A stretch of 64,000 bases of DNA from Bacteroidia bacterium. GTDB taxonomy: Bacteria; Bacteroidota; Bacteroidia; NS11-12g; UBA9320. The notes under the pieces are model-generated. The model had not been told where the DNA came from, made no database searches, and saw nothing but the letters and a program-made list of their open reading frames with translations. Position numbers and translations under genes: made by a program. This document shows, one piece after another, positions 39,903 through 51,208 of the stretch (positions are counted from its first letter, which is position 1; each line of letters starts with the position of its first letter). The stretch lies in NCBI GenBank assembly GCA_965216465.1, contig CBDCFW010000003.1, forward strand, positions 224,001-288,000, written 5' to 3'.

Positions 39903-40493
39903 TTATCCTCTCGAGTTAATTTCATCACGAATTAGAGCTGCACGATCGTAATCTTCGATTTGAATCGCTTTTTCCAATTCTTTATTAAGTTCATTTAATG
40001 AAAGTGACTGTAAGTCATTTTTAGAACTCTTAACTTTTGGTTCTTTGATGTGCTCTGGCTGATCGTGATCTTGAGTTTCTTTCTCGTAAATTATTCCAGC
40101 ATCATCAAGGATGTTCTTATAAGTATAAATCGGGCAGTTTGCACGTAAAGCCAAAGCAATAGCATCGGATGTTCTCGAATCAAGCTCGTTAACAATTCCG
40201 TTTTGCTCAGTTATAAGCTTAGCATAGAAAACACCTTCCTTTAGATTGTCGATAATAACCTCTTGAAGCAAAATCTCATACTTCGAGAATGCATCGTGCA
40301 TAAGGTCATGCGTAAGCGGTCGTTGAGGTTTAAGACCTTCAATAACCAATGCAATAGACTGAGCTTCGTATGATCCAATAACAACAGGTAGCTTTAGTTC
40401 GCCATCGACCTCTCCAAGAATTAGCGTATAACTGTTCTTTTGAGAATGACCGGTAGTCAACCCGATGATGTTTAATTGAATCTTTTCAGCCAT
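39903..40493 (-). CDS. Bifunctional nuclease (DUF151) with UvrB/C motif
   Basis: LP..IG..EAQSI; RPLTHDL; DSR.SDAIALA; EDY.RAA.IRDE. Confidence 0.92.
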   Translation of the reverse strand: MAEKIQLNIIGLTTGHSQKNSYTLILGEVDGELKLPVVIGSYEAQSIALVIEGLKPQRPLTHDLMHDAFSKYEILLQEVIIDNLKEGVFYAKLITEQNGIVNELDSRTSDAIALALRANCPIYTYKNILDDAGIIYEKETQDHDQPEHIKEPKVKSSKNDLQSLSLNELNKELEKAIQIEDYDRAALIRDEINSRG

Positions 40494-41458
40494 TAAGCAA
40501 GTCCTTTAATCTCTTTCGCTCTTTTAATTAATCGAGGTACAACCTCAAATGCGTCACCAATAATTCCATAATCAGCTGCTTTAAAGAAAGGAGCTTCTGG
40601 ATCGGTATTAATCACACAAATAACCTTGCTGCTACCAACACCAGCTAGGTGTTGAATTGCTCCTGATATTCCTACGGCAATATACAGATTCGGCTTAATG
40701 GTGATACCGGTTTGTCCTACGTGTTCGTTATGTGGTCTCCAGTCCATATCACTAACAGGTTTAGAACAAGCGGTAGCTGCTCCAAGAATATCTGCTAATT
40801 CTTCTATCATTCCCCAGTTTTCAGGACCTTTCATCCCTCTACCTGCAGAAACAACCAGTTCAGCTTCCGTTAAAACAACTTTGCCAGTTACTTTATTTAC
40901 TGAATCGACCGTGGTATTAACATCACTATCAGAAACGCTAGTGCTGCCAGCAGATTGACCTGCATCAGCGCCACCTTCGTTGATTTGGTACGAGTTAGGA
41001 ACCAAAGTTAAGACTCTCTTATCGTGGTTTACATTAACAGTTGAATATGCTTTACTGGAGAAGCAAGTCTTTTTAAGCTTAAATCCTCCGTCAGTATCAA
41101 CCATATCAATAACTCCGGTCACCAAAGCTGCATTAGCCTTAACTGCTAACAAAGGAGCGGTTGACTTCCCAACGTAAGTTTGAGAAATTACAACTGTATC
41201 TGCACTTGAGCTCGCTGCAATTTCACTTAATGCTTTTGCATAGGCCTGAGGATTGAACGTTCCAAATACATCACCTGTTACGTTTACTTCTTCGTCAGCA
41301 CCATATTTACCCAAGTTTTCGCTTCCTTTTTCGCCAATAGTAACTGCAACACAGTTAGTTCCAAGCTTGGTTGCTAGATCTTTTCCATAGCTAACCGCTT
41401 CAAAACTTGATTTTTTATATACTCCGTTATCGCTTTCCGCGAATACCAATACTGCCAT
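40493..41458 (-). CDS. etfA: Electron transfer flavoprotein alpha subunit
   Basis: VVSAGRG; VGQTG; LYIAVGISGAIQHLAG; INTD.EAP. Confidence 0.95.
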   Translation of the reverse strand: MAVLVFAESDNGVYKKSSFEAVSYGKDLATKLGTNCVAVTIGEKGSENLGKYGADEEVNVTGDVFGTFNPQAYAKALSEIAASSSADTVVISQTYVGKSTAPLLAVKANAALVTGVIDMVDTDGGFKLKKTCFSSKAYSTVNVNHDKRVLTLVPNSYQINEGGADAGQSAGSTSVSDSDVNTTVDSVNKVTGKVVLTEAELVVSAGRGMKGPENWGMIEELADILGAATACSKPVSDMDWRPHNEHVGQTGITIKPNLYIAVGISGAIQHLAGVGSSKVICVINTDPEAPFFKAADYGIIGDAFEVVPRLIKRAKEIKGLA

Positions 41459-41464
41459 TTCTAA

Positions 41465-42202
41465 TTAAAATAATTTGTTTTCGTTGTGTAAGAGATCCAT
41501 TAATTCTTCCGCATTGTCAGCATCGATCATGCGAACTCCACTTTTAACTGGAGGAAGTTCATATTGAACATAAGAGGTGTAGTTGTACTGATCAAGAGCA
41601 GGAACTACATTTAATGGCTTTGAACGGGCCATCATAATTCCACGCATATTAGGAATGCGAGGCTCGCATAAATCCTTTTGAGCACTTACAACACATGGTA
41701 AGCCACTTGAAACAGTTTCTCTACCACCATCAATATCGCGGGTGGCTGTAACTTTATCGCCTTCTACATCAAGTTCCATGGCAACATTAATCAATGGACA
41801 TCCCATCATTTCTGCTACTAATCCTGCAACTTGACCACCATTATAATCAATAGACTCTCTTCCTGTTAGAACCAGGTCGTAGCCTCCAGCTTTAGCTTGT
41901 TCTGCAATTTGAGCTGCAACGAACATACCATCAGCAGGAGCGGCATCCACACGGATTGCATCTGCTGCACCAATAGCTAGAGCTTTTCTAATTACGGGTT
42001 CTGCATCAGCACCACCAACAGTAATTACGCTTACGCTACCGCCATTCTTTTCTGTGATTTCCAACGCTCGAGTTAGCGCTAATTCATCATAAGGATTTAT
42101 TATAAACTGAACACCAGCCGTGTTAAACTTAGTGTCGTTATCAGTAAATGTTATCTTAGTTGTGGTATCAGGAACCACACTTACACAAACTAATATCTTC
42201 AT
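41465..42202 (-). CDS. etfB: Electron transfer flavoprotein beta subunit
   Basis: ILVC...VPD; INPYDE.A; R.ALAIGA; EPR.P. Confidence 0.95.
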   Translation of the reverse strand: MKILVCVSVVPDTTTKITFTDNDTKFNTAGVQFIINPYDELALTRALEITEKNGGSVSVITVGGADAEPVIRKALAIGAADAIRVDAAPADGMFVAAQIAEQAKAGGYDLVLTGRESIDYNGGQVAGLVAEMMGCPLINVAMELDVEGDKVTATRDIDGGRETVSSGLPCVVSAQKDLCEPRIPNMRGIMMARSKPLNVVPALDQYNYTSYVQYELPPVKSGVRMIDADNAEELMDLLHNENKLF

Positions 42203-42257
42203 TCAAAAAAATTGTATTAAAATTGAGGTGCAAAAGTACAATTATTAGCTGAAGATT

Positions 42258-42578
42258 ATGGCAAGTTTGGAGAGAATCGAACAGATTAAAAACTTTTTAT
42301 CGCAAACACCCGACGATGCCTTTCTTAAATATGCTCTTGCCATAGAGTATGTTGGCCTGCAAGACGACGATTCTGCACTTTCTATTTTTAAAGAATTAAT
42401 CCACAGTACTCCTAATTATTTTGCAACTTACTATCACCTCGCCAAGCTTTATGAAAGGCAAGACCATGAAGAATTGGCTATATCAACATACGAGGAAGGC
42501 ATGAAAATAACACAGCAACTTGGAGAACGTCATGCATATGGTGAGTTGCGTAGTGCTCTTGAAGAATTGACTTTTTAA
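42258..42578 (+). CDS. Tetratricopeptide repeat protein
   Basis: P.D.FL.YALA.EY; Y.ATYYHLAKLYE. Confidence 0.85.
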   Translation: MASLERIEQIKNFLSQTPDDAFLKYALAIEYVGLQDDDSALSIFKELIHSTPNYFATYYHLAKLYERQDHEELAISTYEEGMKITQQLGERHAYGELRSALEELTF

Positions 42579-42647
42579 ATATTTTTTTGTCGATTATAAC
42601 AATTTAAGGCAACCTATTTCTGTTTTAAGGGTCTAATAAATATAGAC

Positions 42648-44585
42648 GTGAAAAACTTGCGTTTTTTTATATTGACCTTATTGCTTTTCCTCCTTTATTC
42701 GGTTAGGGCAACTCACATTGTGGGAGGAGATATTGGTTATAAACATCTCGAGTCTGACAACTATCAAATTTATTTAGATCTCTATATCGATTGTGTAAAT
42801 GGTGCACAAGGAGCTATCGACCAAGACTTAAAAGCCATTTTTACTTTTTTTAATGCTACTGACGGCTCTTTTATTGAGACTATAGAAATTGACCGAACCG
42901 AAGTCGAAAGGGTAGAAGAATTGCATTACAAATGCCTAAGCAACGAACCAAACGCATGTGTTCAGCGATTTGGTTTTTCATTTACGAAAGAGTTAGATCC
43001 AGGTAGCGATGGAATAATTATTTCTTTTCAACGCTGCTGCCGTAATAAGACTATTAGCAACTTAGTCGATCCAGAAAGTACAGGTGCAACATTTTTTACG
43101 CATATTCCTCCTAGAAATATTGTAGAAGATAATTCAAGTGCACGCTTTAAACGATTGCCTCCTAATTTCTTATGTACGAACGCTCCTTTAATATTTGATC
43201 ATTCGGCAGTAGATGATGATGGAGATTCATTGGTCTATGAACTTTCAACCCCATTTGTTGGGGCTACATATTCGTCTCCGCGTCCTGCACGATCAAGCAA
43301 TCCTCCCTTTAATAAGGTAATGTACAAGTCGCCCTATCATTTGAACGATATGATGGGTGGAACAACATTGCTCCAAATGAATCGCGAAACCGGCGAGTTA
43401 AGAGTAACCCCAAGTCAGGTAGGCCAATTCGTTGTTGGAATGAAGGTTAGCGAGTACCGCAACGGTGTTAAAATTGGAGAAACTTACCGTGACTATCAAT
43501 TTAATGTTATTGATTGTGACCTTAACGTTGTGGCAAATTTTAATGCACCTGAACGTGTTTGTGAACGCAAAGTTGATTTTACAGACCGAAGCTCAGGCGA
43601 TCAACTCCGTTACCAATGGGATTTTGGAGAAGAGCAAATCAACAATGATATATCGTCAAACCAAAACACTTCGTGGGTGTATAGCAATCCAGGAACGTAT
43701 AAGGTACGATTAGTAGTTTCCAATGATGGTTGCAGAGACACGTTCTACAAGTTTGTAGAAATCGTAGGAAGAGACTCGATTTTTGCACGTTTTGAGGTGG
43801 GACCTAAGATTGGATGTGATAGCCTAACGGTTAACATCGTTAATTACAGTGATGATGCAGAATGGTTTCAGTGGAATATGGGCGATGGTAGTTTGCATGC
43901 TGTCGATCAAGATGTCACAATGTATACCTATAAAGAGCCTGGTGAATATCCGATTTCATTGCTTATTGAAGATTCGAGCTCTTGCAATATTCTTCATAAC
44001 GCATTTGATACAGTTAAAGTCGTAGAATCGGAACATCATGAAGCACGATTTGATATCAACTTTAAACAAGATTGCGAAGCTGATGGTAAGGTGAATATTA
44101 CGGGAATTACACCCAATGATAATTTTACGTGGGATTATGGAGATGGAAGTACTTCGACAAATGAAGTTGATAATCCGCACTATTATAGCGAAGAAGGAAA
44201 TTATACGATCAAGTATGTTACGCAAGAAGAAGGCCTGTGTGTTTTTAACGACAGCTTCGAAATATCCTTTTTTGTCAGCAATTCAAAGGCAATAGTTGAT
44301 GGAATAACCCTGTACAACTTTTTTTCTCCAAACGATGATGCATTTAACAACTGTTTTAAAGTTGATGTAGACCGTTTTGATTGTGTAGAGGTGACCTTCC
44401 AAATATTTAACCGTTGGGGTGAATTGGTATATGAATCTAACGATGTAAATGGATGCTGGGATGGCCGTCATTATAAAACAAAAGAAGAATTACCATCAAG
44501 TGAATACTTCGGGATTTATTTCTTTGACATCCACGGAAGATCAAACCGACTTGAGCTCAGTAATGTTATTTCTTTGGTGAGATAG
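42648..44585 (+). CDS. PKD-repeat protein with gliding motility-associated (T9SS type B) C-terminal domain
   Basis: ATHIVGG; RCCRN; D.DGDSL.Y; PKD WDFG/WDYGDG; FSPN.D..N...IFNRWG...WDG. Confidence 0.9.
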   Translation: MKNLRFFILTLLLFLLYSVRATHIVGGDIGYKHLESDNYQIYLDLYIDCVNGAQGAIDQDLKAIFTFFNATDGSFIETIEIDRTEVERVEELHYKCLSNEPNACVQRFGFSFTKELDPGSDGIIISFQRCCRNKTISNLVDPESTGATFFTHIPPRNIVEDNSSARFKRLPPNFLCTNAPLIFDHSAVDDDGDSLVYELSTPFVGATYSSPRPARSSNPPFNKVMYKSPYHLNDMMGGTTLLQMNRETGELRVTPSQVGQFVVGMKVSEYRNGVKIGETYRDYQFNVIDCDLNVVANFNAPERVCERKVDFTDRSSGDQLRYQWDFGEEQINNDISSNQNTSWVYSNPGTYKVRLVVSNDGCRDTFYKFVEIVGRDSIFARFEVGPKIGCDSLTVNIVNYSDDAEWFQWNMGDGSLHAVDQDVTMYTYKEPGEYPISLLIEDSSSCNILHNAFDTVKVVESEHHEARFDINFKQDCEADGKVNITGITPNDNFTWDYGDGSTSTNEVDNPHYYSEEGNYTIKYVTQEEGLCVFNDSFEISFFVSNSKAIVDGITLYNFFSPNDDAFNNCFKVDVDRFDCVEVTFQIFNRWGELVYESNDVNGCWDGRHYKTKEELPSSEYFGIYFFDIHGRSNRLELSNVISLVR

Positions 44586-44612
44586 ACAATTTTCAATTGT
44601 TTTGCACTCGCG

Positions 44613-45053
44613 ATGAGCAAGTTTGAGATAAAAAATCCCAATTTTAAGGAAACCATTAGGGAGAAACTGAAAGGCCAGCATTTTATGCACCACATTGGCT
44701 TTGACCTGACAGAAATTGAGGTAGGAAGAGTTGTTGGTGAAATGGAGCTTGATCAAATTCACATGCAACAATTTGGTTTTGTTCATGGAGGAGTGATAGC
44801 TACATTGATGGACATTACCATGGGTTTCTCAGCTTATTCGTTAATGCCTATTGATTGTGGTGTTGTAACGGCCAATCTGAGTGTTGATTACATGAATCCA
44901 GGAATTGGAGACCGCATCAAAGCAATTGGTGAAGTTGAAAAAGTAGGAGGGAAGATTGTGTTTTGCAACGCTAAGGTATACACCTATTCAAATGGCGTGG
45001 AAACTCAAATTGCTTCTGCTCGAAGCCTTATGGCTGTTGTTCAGAAGCGATAG
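44613..45053 (+). CDS. PaaI family thioesterase
   Basis: Q..G.VHGGVIATLMD. Confidence 0.9.
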   Translation: MSKFEIKNPNFKETIREKLKGQHFMHHIGFDLTEIEVGRVVGEMELDQIHMQQFGFVHGGVIATLMDITMGFSAYSLMPIDCGVVTANLSVDYMNPGIGDRIKAIGEVEKVGGKIVFCNAKVYTYSNGVETQIASARSLMAVVQKR

Positions 45054-46527
45054 CCGGTGAAAGAATTTCGTCGAACTTGTATTTCAAGTTGTTGTCAACT
45101 TCTTCATTCTTATGATGAATGATGTTCTTTGCGTAATCGACCACGTAGTCATCTTTCCAAGTATTAAATTCTCGAGCTAAGGTTTGAATTGCATCAACCA
45201 TATAGTGTGCTTCTTCGTTGGTGGTTGTAGGGTGGATAGACATTCTAATCCAACCAGGTTTTGTAGAGCAGTCACCATGATATATTAATCTAGCAATTTC
45301 ATGAGACACGCCTTCACTAAGTTTTAGCAAATAGTGGCCGTAAGTTCCAGCACATGAACAACCACCTCTAGTTTGAATTCCATATTTGTCGTTTAGCATC
45401 TTAACTCCAAGATTGTAATGTAAGTCATCTATATAGAATGATATTACACCTAAGCGATCTCGATGTTCGTCAGCCAATATGTGAAGATTAGGAATGTCGT
45501 TAAGACCTTCCCAAACAATGTCTAAAAGTTCTTCTTCTCGTTGATGAATCTTGTCAACTCCCATTTCGTCTTTTAGATTGATGCACATAGCAACCTTCAT
45601 AGTCTGCAGAAATGCGGGAGTTCCTCCATCTTCTCGAACTTCGATATCGTCGTTGTAGCGGTGCACACCCCAGGGATCAGTCCAAACCACAGTTCCTCCA
45701 CCAGGATTATCGGGAACAGCATTATCATACAGGCTGTCGTTAAAGATTAAAACCCCTGAAGTTCCAGGACCTCCTAAAAATTTATGGGGCGAAAAATAGA
45801 TTGCATCTAAGTGAGCTCCCTCTTTATCGGGATGCATGTCGATGTTTATATAAGGTGCAGAGCAAGCGAAATCAACAAAACATAATCCGTTTACCGCGTG
45901 AATTTCTTCAGCTATACCATGGTAGTCAGTCATGATACCAGTTACATTAGAACACGATGTTATAGCTGCAATTTTATGTTTACGATTGCTGTATTGAGGT
46001 AAGATCTTTTTGAGCTCATTTCGGCTTACAAGCCCTTTTTCATCAGGAGGAATAATAACCACATCGGCGATGGTTTCTAACCAACTGGTCTGATTTGAAT
46101 GATGCTCCATATGCGTTACAAACACAATAGGGCGTTCTTCTTCAGTAAGTTCGATAAGGTCTTTGTACTTCTCGTGAACACGAAACCCTAAAATGCGTTG
46201 GAACTTATTAATAACCCCAGTCATTCCACTATTTGCACATATTAAGACGTCATTGGCGTTGGCATTTACATGAGACTTTATAATTTCTCTTGCCATGTGG
46301 TATGCATGGGTCATAGCCATCCCCGTCGAGTTAGTTTCGGTGTGCGTGTTTGCAACGAAAGGCATAATCTCGTAGCACATCTTTTTTTCGATGGGCAGAT
46401 AGTTTCTCCCACTAGCTGTCCAATCCGCATAAATAATGCGTTTATCGGTGCCATAAGGGGTGTCGATGGTGTGATTTAACCCTATGATTTCATCTCGAAA
46501 TGATTTAAAGTAGTGTTCTAAGCTCAT
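45028..46527 (-). CDS. Class V aminotransferase (cysteine desulfurase-like PLP enzyme)
   Basis: YADWTASGR; EHHSN; FSPHKFLGGPG; RGGCSCAG.YGH. Confidence 0.9.
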   Translation of the reverse strand: MSLEHYFKSFRDEIIGLNHTIDTPYGTDKRIIYADWTASGRNYLPIEKKMCYEIMPFVANTHTETNSTGMAMTHAYHMAREIIKSHVNANANDVLICANSGMTGVINKFQRILGFRVHEKYKDLIELTEEERPIVFVTHMEHHSNQTSWLETIADVVIIPPDEKGLVSRNELKKILPQYSNRKHKIAAITSCSNVTGIMTDYHGIAEEIHAVNGLCFVDFACSAPYINIDMHPDKEGAHLDAIYFSPHKFLGGPGTSGVLIFNDSLYDNAVPDNPGGGTVVWTDPWGVHRYNDDIEVREDGGTPAFLQTMKVAMCINLKDEMGVDKIHQREEELLDIVWEGLNDIPNLHILADEHRDRLGVISFYIDDLHYNLGVKMLNDKYGIQTRGGCSCAGTYGHYLLKLSEGVSHEIARLIYHGDCSTKPGWIRMSIHPTTTNEEAHYMVDAIQTLAREFNTWKDDYVVDYAKNIIHHKNEEVDNNLKYKFDEILSPAIASEQQP

Positions 46528-46655
46528 TTTATATTACAAGTTTAATGCAAATCTCAGATTTAAATAGAATGAATATGAAAAATAAGGGTATTCATAATAA
46601 TTTTTGATTTTGCTCGGAAGTTGTGCTATTTATAACTATACATTTGCATCAGTTA

Positions 46656-47996
46656 ATGAAGATAATAATTGCTGGTGCAGGTGAGGTTGGCTACCATTTG
46701 GCGAAGTTATTGAGCAAGGAGAGTCACTCCATTGTATTAATTGATACCAATGCCAAGGTGTTGCAAAGGGCCGACTCTGAAATGGACTTATTAACCATTC
46801 AAGGGAATGCTTATTCACTGAGTGTTTTGGATCAAGCAGGTATTGAAAATACAGACTTGGTTATTGCTGTTACCTCTAGTGAAACGAGTAATCTGACCAT
46901 TGCTACTCTTGGTAAACAGCTCGGTGCCAAGAAAACCATCTCTCGTGTAAACAACGAAGAATTTCTAAAACTAAAAGATCGACTTGATCTTCAACGCCTG
47001 GGAATTGATGTGTTAATTTCTCCTGAAGAACTCGCATCTAAAGAAATTATTCGCCTTTTGAGAAGATCTTCGTTCTCCGATGCGTTCGACTTTGAGTTTG
47101 GTATGCTAACCTTACTTGGGTCATACCTTAAAAAGAAAAGCAAACTGGTTGGCAAATCGATCGTTGATTTTATGAAGATCGATCAGGCTAAAGACTTTAT
47201 CACCATTGCTGTAGATAGAGGAGGAGAGACCTTAATTCCAGACGAGAACTTTGTTTTTGACGTGAACGACCACGTTTTCTTCTTATGTAAGCCAACAGGA
47301 ATAGATCAAATCAGAGACCTCTGTGCTGGTAAGCGTGTTGAAGTTAAGAACGTTATGTTGATGGGTGGAGGTAATGTAGGCTTCAATACGGCCAAACGTT
47401 TGAGCAGACGAAAGAATGTGAAGCTCATTGAATCTAATTCAGAGCGTTGCTCAGTTCTTGCCGATAAGCTTCCAGAGACGCTAATCATAAACGACGATGG
47501 CCATGATGTCAATTTGTTAGAAGATGAAAACATCTCACAAATGGATGCGTTTATTGCTGTTACCGGAAACTCTGAAACCAATATAATGAGTTGTTTAGTA
47601 GCTAAGAATCATGGCGTTGAAAAGACGATTGCTATGGTTGAGAATATTGACTATATCAACTTATCTCAAACCATTGGAATTGATACCTTAATAAACAAGA
47701 AGCTAATTGCAGCTAATAATATCTTTAGGTATGTTCGCCATGCTGATATTGTAAATATTGCAGGCTTACACGGTATCGATGCCGAGATATTTGAAATATA
47801 TGTTAAAGAAGGATCTAAGGTAACTGAGGGCCCAATTAAGCAGCTAAACCTTCCTAAAGATGCCATAATTGGTGGAATTATAAGAGACAACAAAGCCTTT
47901 ATCGCAGGCCCAAACTATCAAATTCAAGCCAAAGACAAAGTAGTGGTTTTCGCACTACCCGACGCACTTAAGAAAACACTAGATTACTTCAGTTAA
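46656..47996 (+). CDS. trkA: Trk potassium uptake NAD-binding subunit
   Basis: MKIII.GAGEVG; two RCK modules; start set to ATG 46656. Confidence 0.93.
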   Translation: MKIIIAGAGEVGYHLAKLLSKESHSIVLIDTNAKVLQRADSEMDLLTIQGNAYSLSVLDQAGIENTDLVIAVTSSETSNLTIATLGKQLGAKKTISRVNNEEFLKLKDRLDLQRLGIDVLISPEELASKEIIRLLRRSSFSDAFDFEFGMLTLLGSYLKKKSKLVGKSIVDFMKIDQAKDFITIAVDRGGETLIPDENFVFDVNDHVFFLCKPTGIDQIRDLCAGKRVEVKNVMLMGGGNVGFNTAKRLSRRKNVKLIESNSERCSVLADKLPETLIINDDGHDVNLLEDENISQMDAFIAVTGNSETNIMSCLVAKNHGVEKTIAMVENIDYINLSQTIGIDTLINKKLIAANNIFRYVRHADIVNIAGLHGIDAEIFEIYVKEGSKVTEGPIKQLNLPKDAIIGGIIRDNKAFIAGPNYQIQAKDKVVVFALPDALKKTLDYFS

Positions 47997-49447
47997 TGTT
48001 TCATTTTAAAGCCATACTAAATGTTTTAGGCATCTTAATGCTTCTAAATGGCTTTTTTATGTCGACCGTATTGCCCGTTAGCTATTACACGGGAGCGGAA
48101 GATTTTAATGCAATTCTCTTTTCTGCAGCTATATCGGCGAACTTAGGTTTAATCATTTGGTTTTTAACCCGAAAAGTTAGGAAGGAAGTAGGCAAGCGTG
48201 ACGGCTATTTAATTGTGACCTTTGGTTGGATAATCTTAGGTATATCGGGCTCTTTACCGTTTCTGCTTAGTCAAACAATAGACTCAATACCTTCTGCCAT
48301 ATTTGAAACCATATCAGGGTATACCACCACCGGAGCGTCGATATTAACCAATATAGAAGCGATGCCTGCTGGACTTTTACTCTGGCGGAGCATGACACAG
48401 TGGATAGGTGGTATGGGAATTATAGTATTAACGGTGGCGATTCTTCCTCTTTTTGGAGTAGGCGGGATGGAGCTTTTTATGGCCGAGTCACCGGGACCTT
48501 CTTCAAGCAAACTGCATCCTCGAATTACCGACACCGCAAAACGCCTTTGGATTATTTATGTATTACTTACACTTGTCGAAACAATTTGTTTAAGGATTGC
48601 AGGCATGTCGTGGTATGACGCTGTTAACCACTCATTTACCACCATGAGTACAGGTGGGTTTTCAACCAAAAATGCCAGTATTGCCGCTTATAATAGCCCA
48701 GCTATTGAATATATTATCTCCGCTTTTATGATGGTTGGAGGGATCAATTTCAGTATGCTCTACTTTTTAGCAAAAGGAAGAATTGGAAGAGCATTCAAGA
48801 ACGAAGAATTTAGAACTTATATTGGTGTCTTATTTGGCTTTGTAATTGTGATTACTTGGGTGCTTTACAACTCAACAAACTCTGACGTTGAAGGAAGCTT
48901 TAGAGAAAGCTTGTTTCAGGTAACATCAATAATTACGACTACTGGATTTTCTACGGCCAATTATGCCAAATGGGTACCTTTTGCGTATATGCTAATCTTG
49001 TTCTTAATGTTTACCGGCGGATCAGCTGGATCAACGGCAGGAGGAGTGAAAATTGTACGTCATCTGCTTATCCTAAAGAATGGCTATATGGAATTTAAAA
49101 GATTGCTTCATCCTAGAGCAATAGTTCCTGTGCGAATTAATGGAAAAGCGGTAGACCAACGGATTGTTTATAACGTACTGGCGTTCTTCTTTATCTATTT
49201 GCTAACCTTTATAATGGGTGCACTGATAATCAGCGGGTTTGGCTACGATATAATTACATCTGCAGGTGCCAGTATAGCTTGTTTAGGTAACATCGGACCG
49301 GGTATAGGAGATGTAGATCCCAGCCACAATTTCGCCTTCTTTTCAGAAGGAGCACAACTCTTTCTCTCTTTCTTAATGCTTTTAGGTAGGTTGGAGCTTT
49401 TCACTGTATTAATTCTATTTACGCCTTCTTTCTGGCAGAAAGTATAA
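47996..49447 (+). CDS. trkH: Trk potassium uptake membrane subunit
   Basis: SG.TTTG; STGGF; TTTGF; GSTAGG.K; LGNIGPG; GRLE. Confidence 0.93.
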   Translation: MFHFKAILNVLGILMLLNGFFMSTVLPVSYYTGAEDFNAILFSAAISANLGLIIWFLTRKVRKEVGKRDGYLIVTFGWIILGISGSLPFLLSQTIDSIPSAIFETISGYTTTGASILTNIEAMPAGLLLWRSMTQWIGGMGIIVLTVAILPLFGVGGMELFMAESPGPSSSKLHPRITDTAKRLWIIYVLLTLVETICLRIAGMSWYDAVNHSFTTMSTGGFSTKNASIAAYNSPAIEYIISAFMMVGGINFSMLYFLAKGRIGRAFKNEEFRTYIGVLFGFVIVITWVLYNSTNSDVEGSFRESLFQVTSIITTTGFSTANYAKWVPFAYMLILFLMFTGGSAGSTAGGVKIVRHLLILKNGYMEFKRLLHPRAIVPVRINGKAVDQRIVYNVLAFFFIYLLTFIMGALIISGFGYDIITSAGASIACLGNIGPGIGDVDPSHNFAFFSEGAQLFLSFLMLLGRLELFTVLILFTPSFWQKV

Positions 49448-49538
49448 GGAATCGCTAAAAAAATATCTGTTTCAAACCAAACTTTGTCGAAGTTTTATAG
49501 TTTATCCGTTTATAGACTATAACATTGTTTGTTAATTC

Positions 49539-50024
49539 ATGAGGTTATTATACATCGCATTACTACTGAGCTTGGTTTCTTGCACAACAAAACCAGGAGA
49601 TAAACTTCCAGATTTTAATTTTAACACCTTAAATGGTGAAACGGTTAGCCGTTCAGCATTAGAAGGAAAAGCAACCGTAATTGCTGTTTGGGCTACATGG
49701 TGTGGTGATTGCATTCGCGAGATTCCAGAATTGAATGCATTGGCTGATAAGTACAAAGACAATGACAATGTAGAATTCTTGGCCTTTAGCGATGAAGATG
49801 AATCTACGGTACGCACTTCGCTTAATCGTTTTCCTTTTGCGTTTAAGCACGTGGTGAATACCAAATCTTATACAGATCAGATTAAATCTGGCGTAACCAA
49901 GCACTTTCCACAAGTTTTGGTCATAAATGACGATTTGGAGATTGTTTTCGAGGTTACTGAAAACAAAGAACCTATCTTTACGGTTCTAGATAATCATATA
50001 CAAACTATATTAGGAAAATTGTGA
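49539..50024 (+). CDS. TlpA-like thiol-disulfide oxidoreductase lipoprotein
   Basis: Lipobox LVSC; WATWCGDC..E.P. Confidence 0.85.
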   Translation: MRLLYIALLLSLVSCTTKPGDKLPDFNFNTLNGETVSRSALEGKATVIAVWATWCGDCIREIPELNALADKYKDNDNVEFLAFSDEDESTVRTSLNRFPFAFKHVVNTKSYTDQIKSGVTKHFPQVLVINDDLEIVFEVTENKEPIFTVLDNHIQTILGKL

Positions 50025-51208
50025 TAACTCATTGTAAGACAACAGATTTAGGTATTGACACAACCATATTCTCTTCTGTTGATCAAATCAACCCACAAGA
50101 GTGGACTAGCGTAAATAATGGAAGAAATATTTATCTCACCATTCCATATTTGAAGGCCATTGAATACAGTCTTCCTTCTTTTGATTTTAGATACATTGTA
50201 TTTTATAATGAATTAAAACAACCGATAGGAATTGGTTACTGCCAAATCGTTAAGATTACCTCGAACGAAATAAATGTAGAAGCTCTCTCTACCCGAATGG
50301 GTGGGATACTTCCAAAGCATTTAATCAATTCGCTTGATCTGCGTGTTTTAATTTGCGGTAATGCTTTTGCAAGCGGCGAAAATGGCTACATGTTTTCCCC
50401 TAAGCTCGATCAACGTGTCGGGTTTGAGGTTTTAGCCAACACCATTGATGAAATCAACTTTTCTGAAAAAAGACACAATCGAAAAATAGCGATATCAATT
50501 ATCAAAGAATTTTGGCCAGAAACGTTTGAATCGTCAGATTACCTGAAGGCAGCTGGATGCTCTGAGGTAAGTATCGATGTAAATATGATACTTCACCTTC
50601 ATCCTGACTGGCAAAGTTTCGATGACTATTTGAATGCCATGAACTCCAAGTTCAGAACAAAGGTCAAGCACGTAGACAAAATATCGCATGATTTAGAAGT
50701 CGTTAATTTTACTATAGAAGAGATTGAAAATAGATTAGACGAGATAAATGCTTTATATAACTCGATAGTGGACAAGGCAAATTTTAGCTTTGGGAGACTA
50801 AATGCCAACACACTGCTGAACATTAAAAAAGCACTAGGAGATCAATTTTTCTTTAGAGGCTACTACTTGGAGGGTGAGTTTGTTGCATTTGGTACGGCAA
50901 CCTCATTCGATGAAGTTTTGGATGGAAACTTTATAGGATTGAATTACACCTACAATCAAGATCACGGGATTTATCAGCGTATACTGTACGATTTTGTTCG
51001 CCATGCCTTCAAAATTGGTGCACGAGAGATTCGAATTGGTCGAACAGCTGAAGAAATAAAAAGTGGAGTAGGAGCCACACCGACTGAAATGAAATTCTAT
51101 GCAAAGCACAGAAACAAGGTTACAAACGCCATTTTGAGACCATTCGTACAGAATTTAAAACCAAGTGATTTTGATTTACGTAGACCTTTTAAGGCGATTT
51201 ACTATTAA
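50021..51208 (+). CDS. GNAT/FemAB-like fold protein
   Basis: W.SF.DYL..M.SK.R; GRTA.EIKS.VGA pattern. Confidence 0.7.
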   Translation: MITHCKTTDLGIDTTIFSSVDQINPQEWTSVNNGRNIYLTIPYLKAIEYSLPSFDFRYIVFYNELKQPIGIGYCQIVKITSNEINVEALSTRMGGILPKHLINSLDLRVLICGNAFASGENGYMFSPKLDQRVGFEVLANTIDEINFSEKRHNRKIAISIIKEFWPETFESSDYLKAAGCSEVSIDVNMILHLHPDWQSFDDYLNAMNSKFRTKVKHVDKISHDLEVVNFTIEEIENRLDEINALYNSIVDKANFSFGRLNANTLLNIKKALGDQFFFRGYYLEGEFVAFGTATSFDEVLDGNFIGLNYTYNQDHGIYQRILYDFVRHAFKIGAREIRIGRTAEEIKSGVGATPTEMKFYAKHRNKVTNAILRPFVQNLKPSDFDLRRPFKAIYY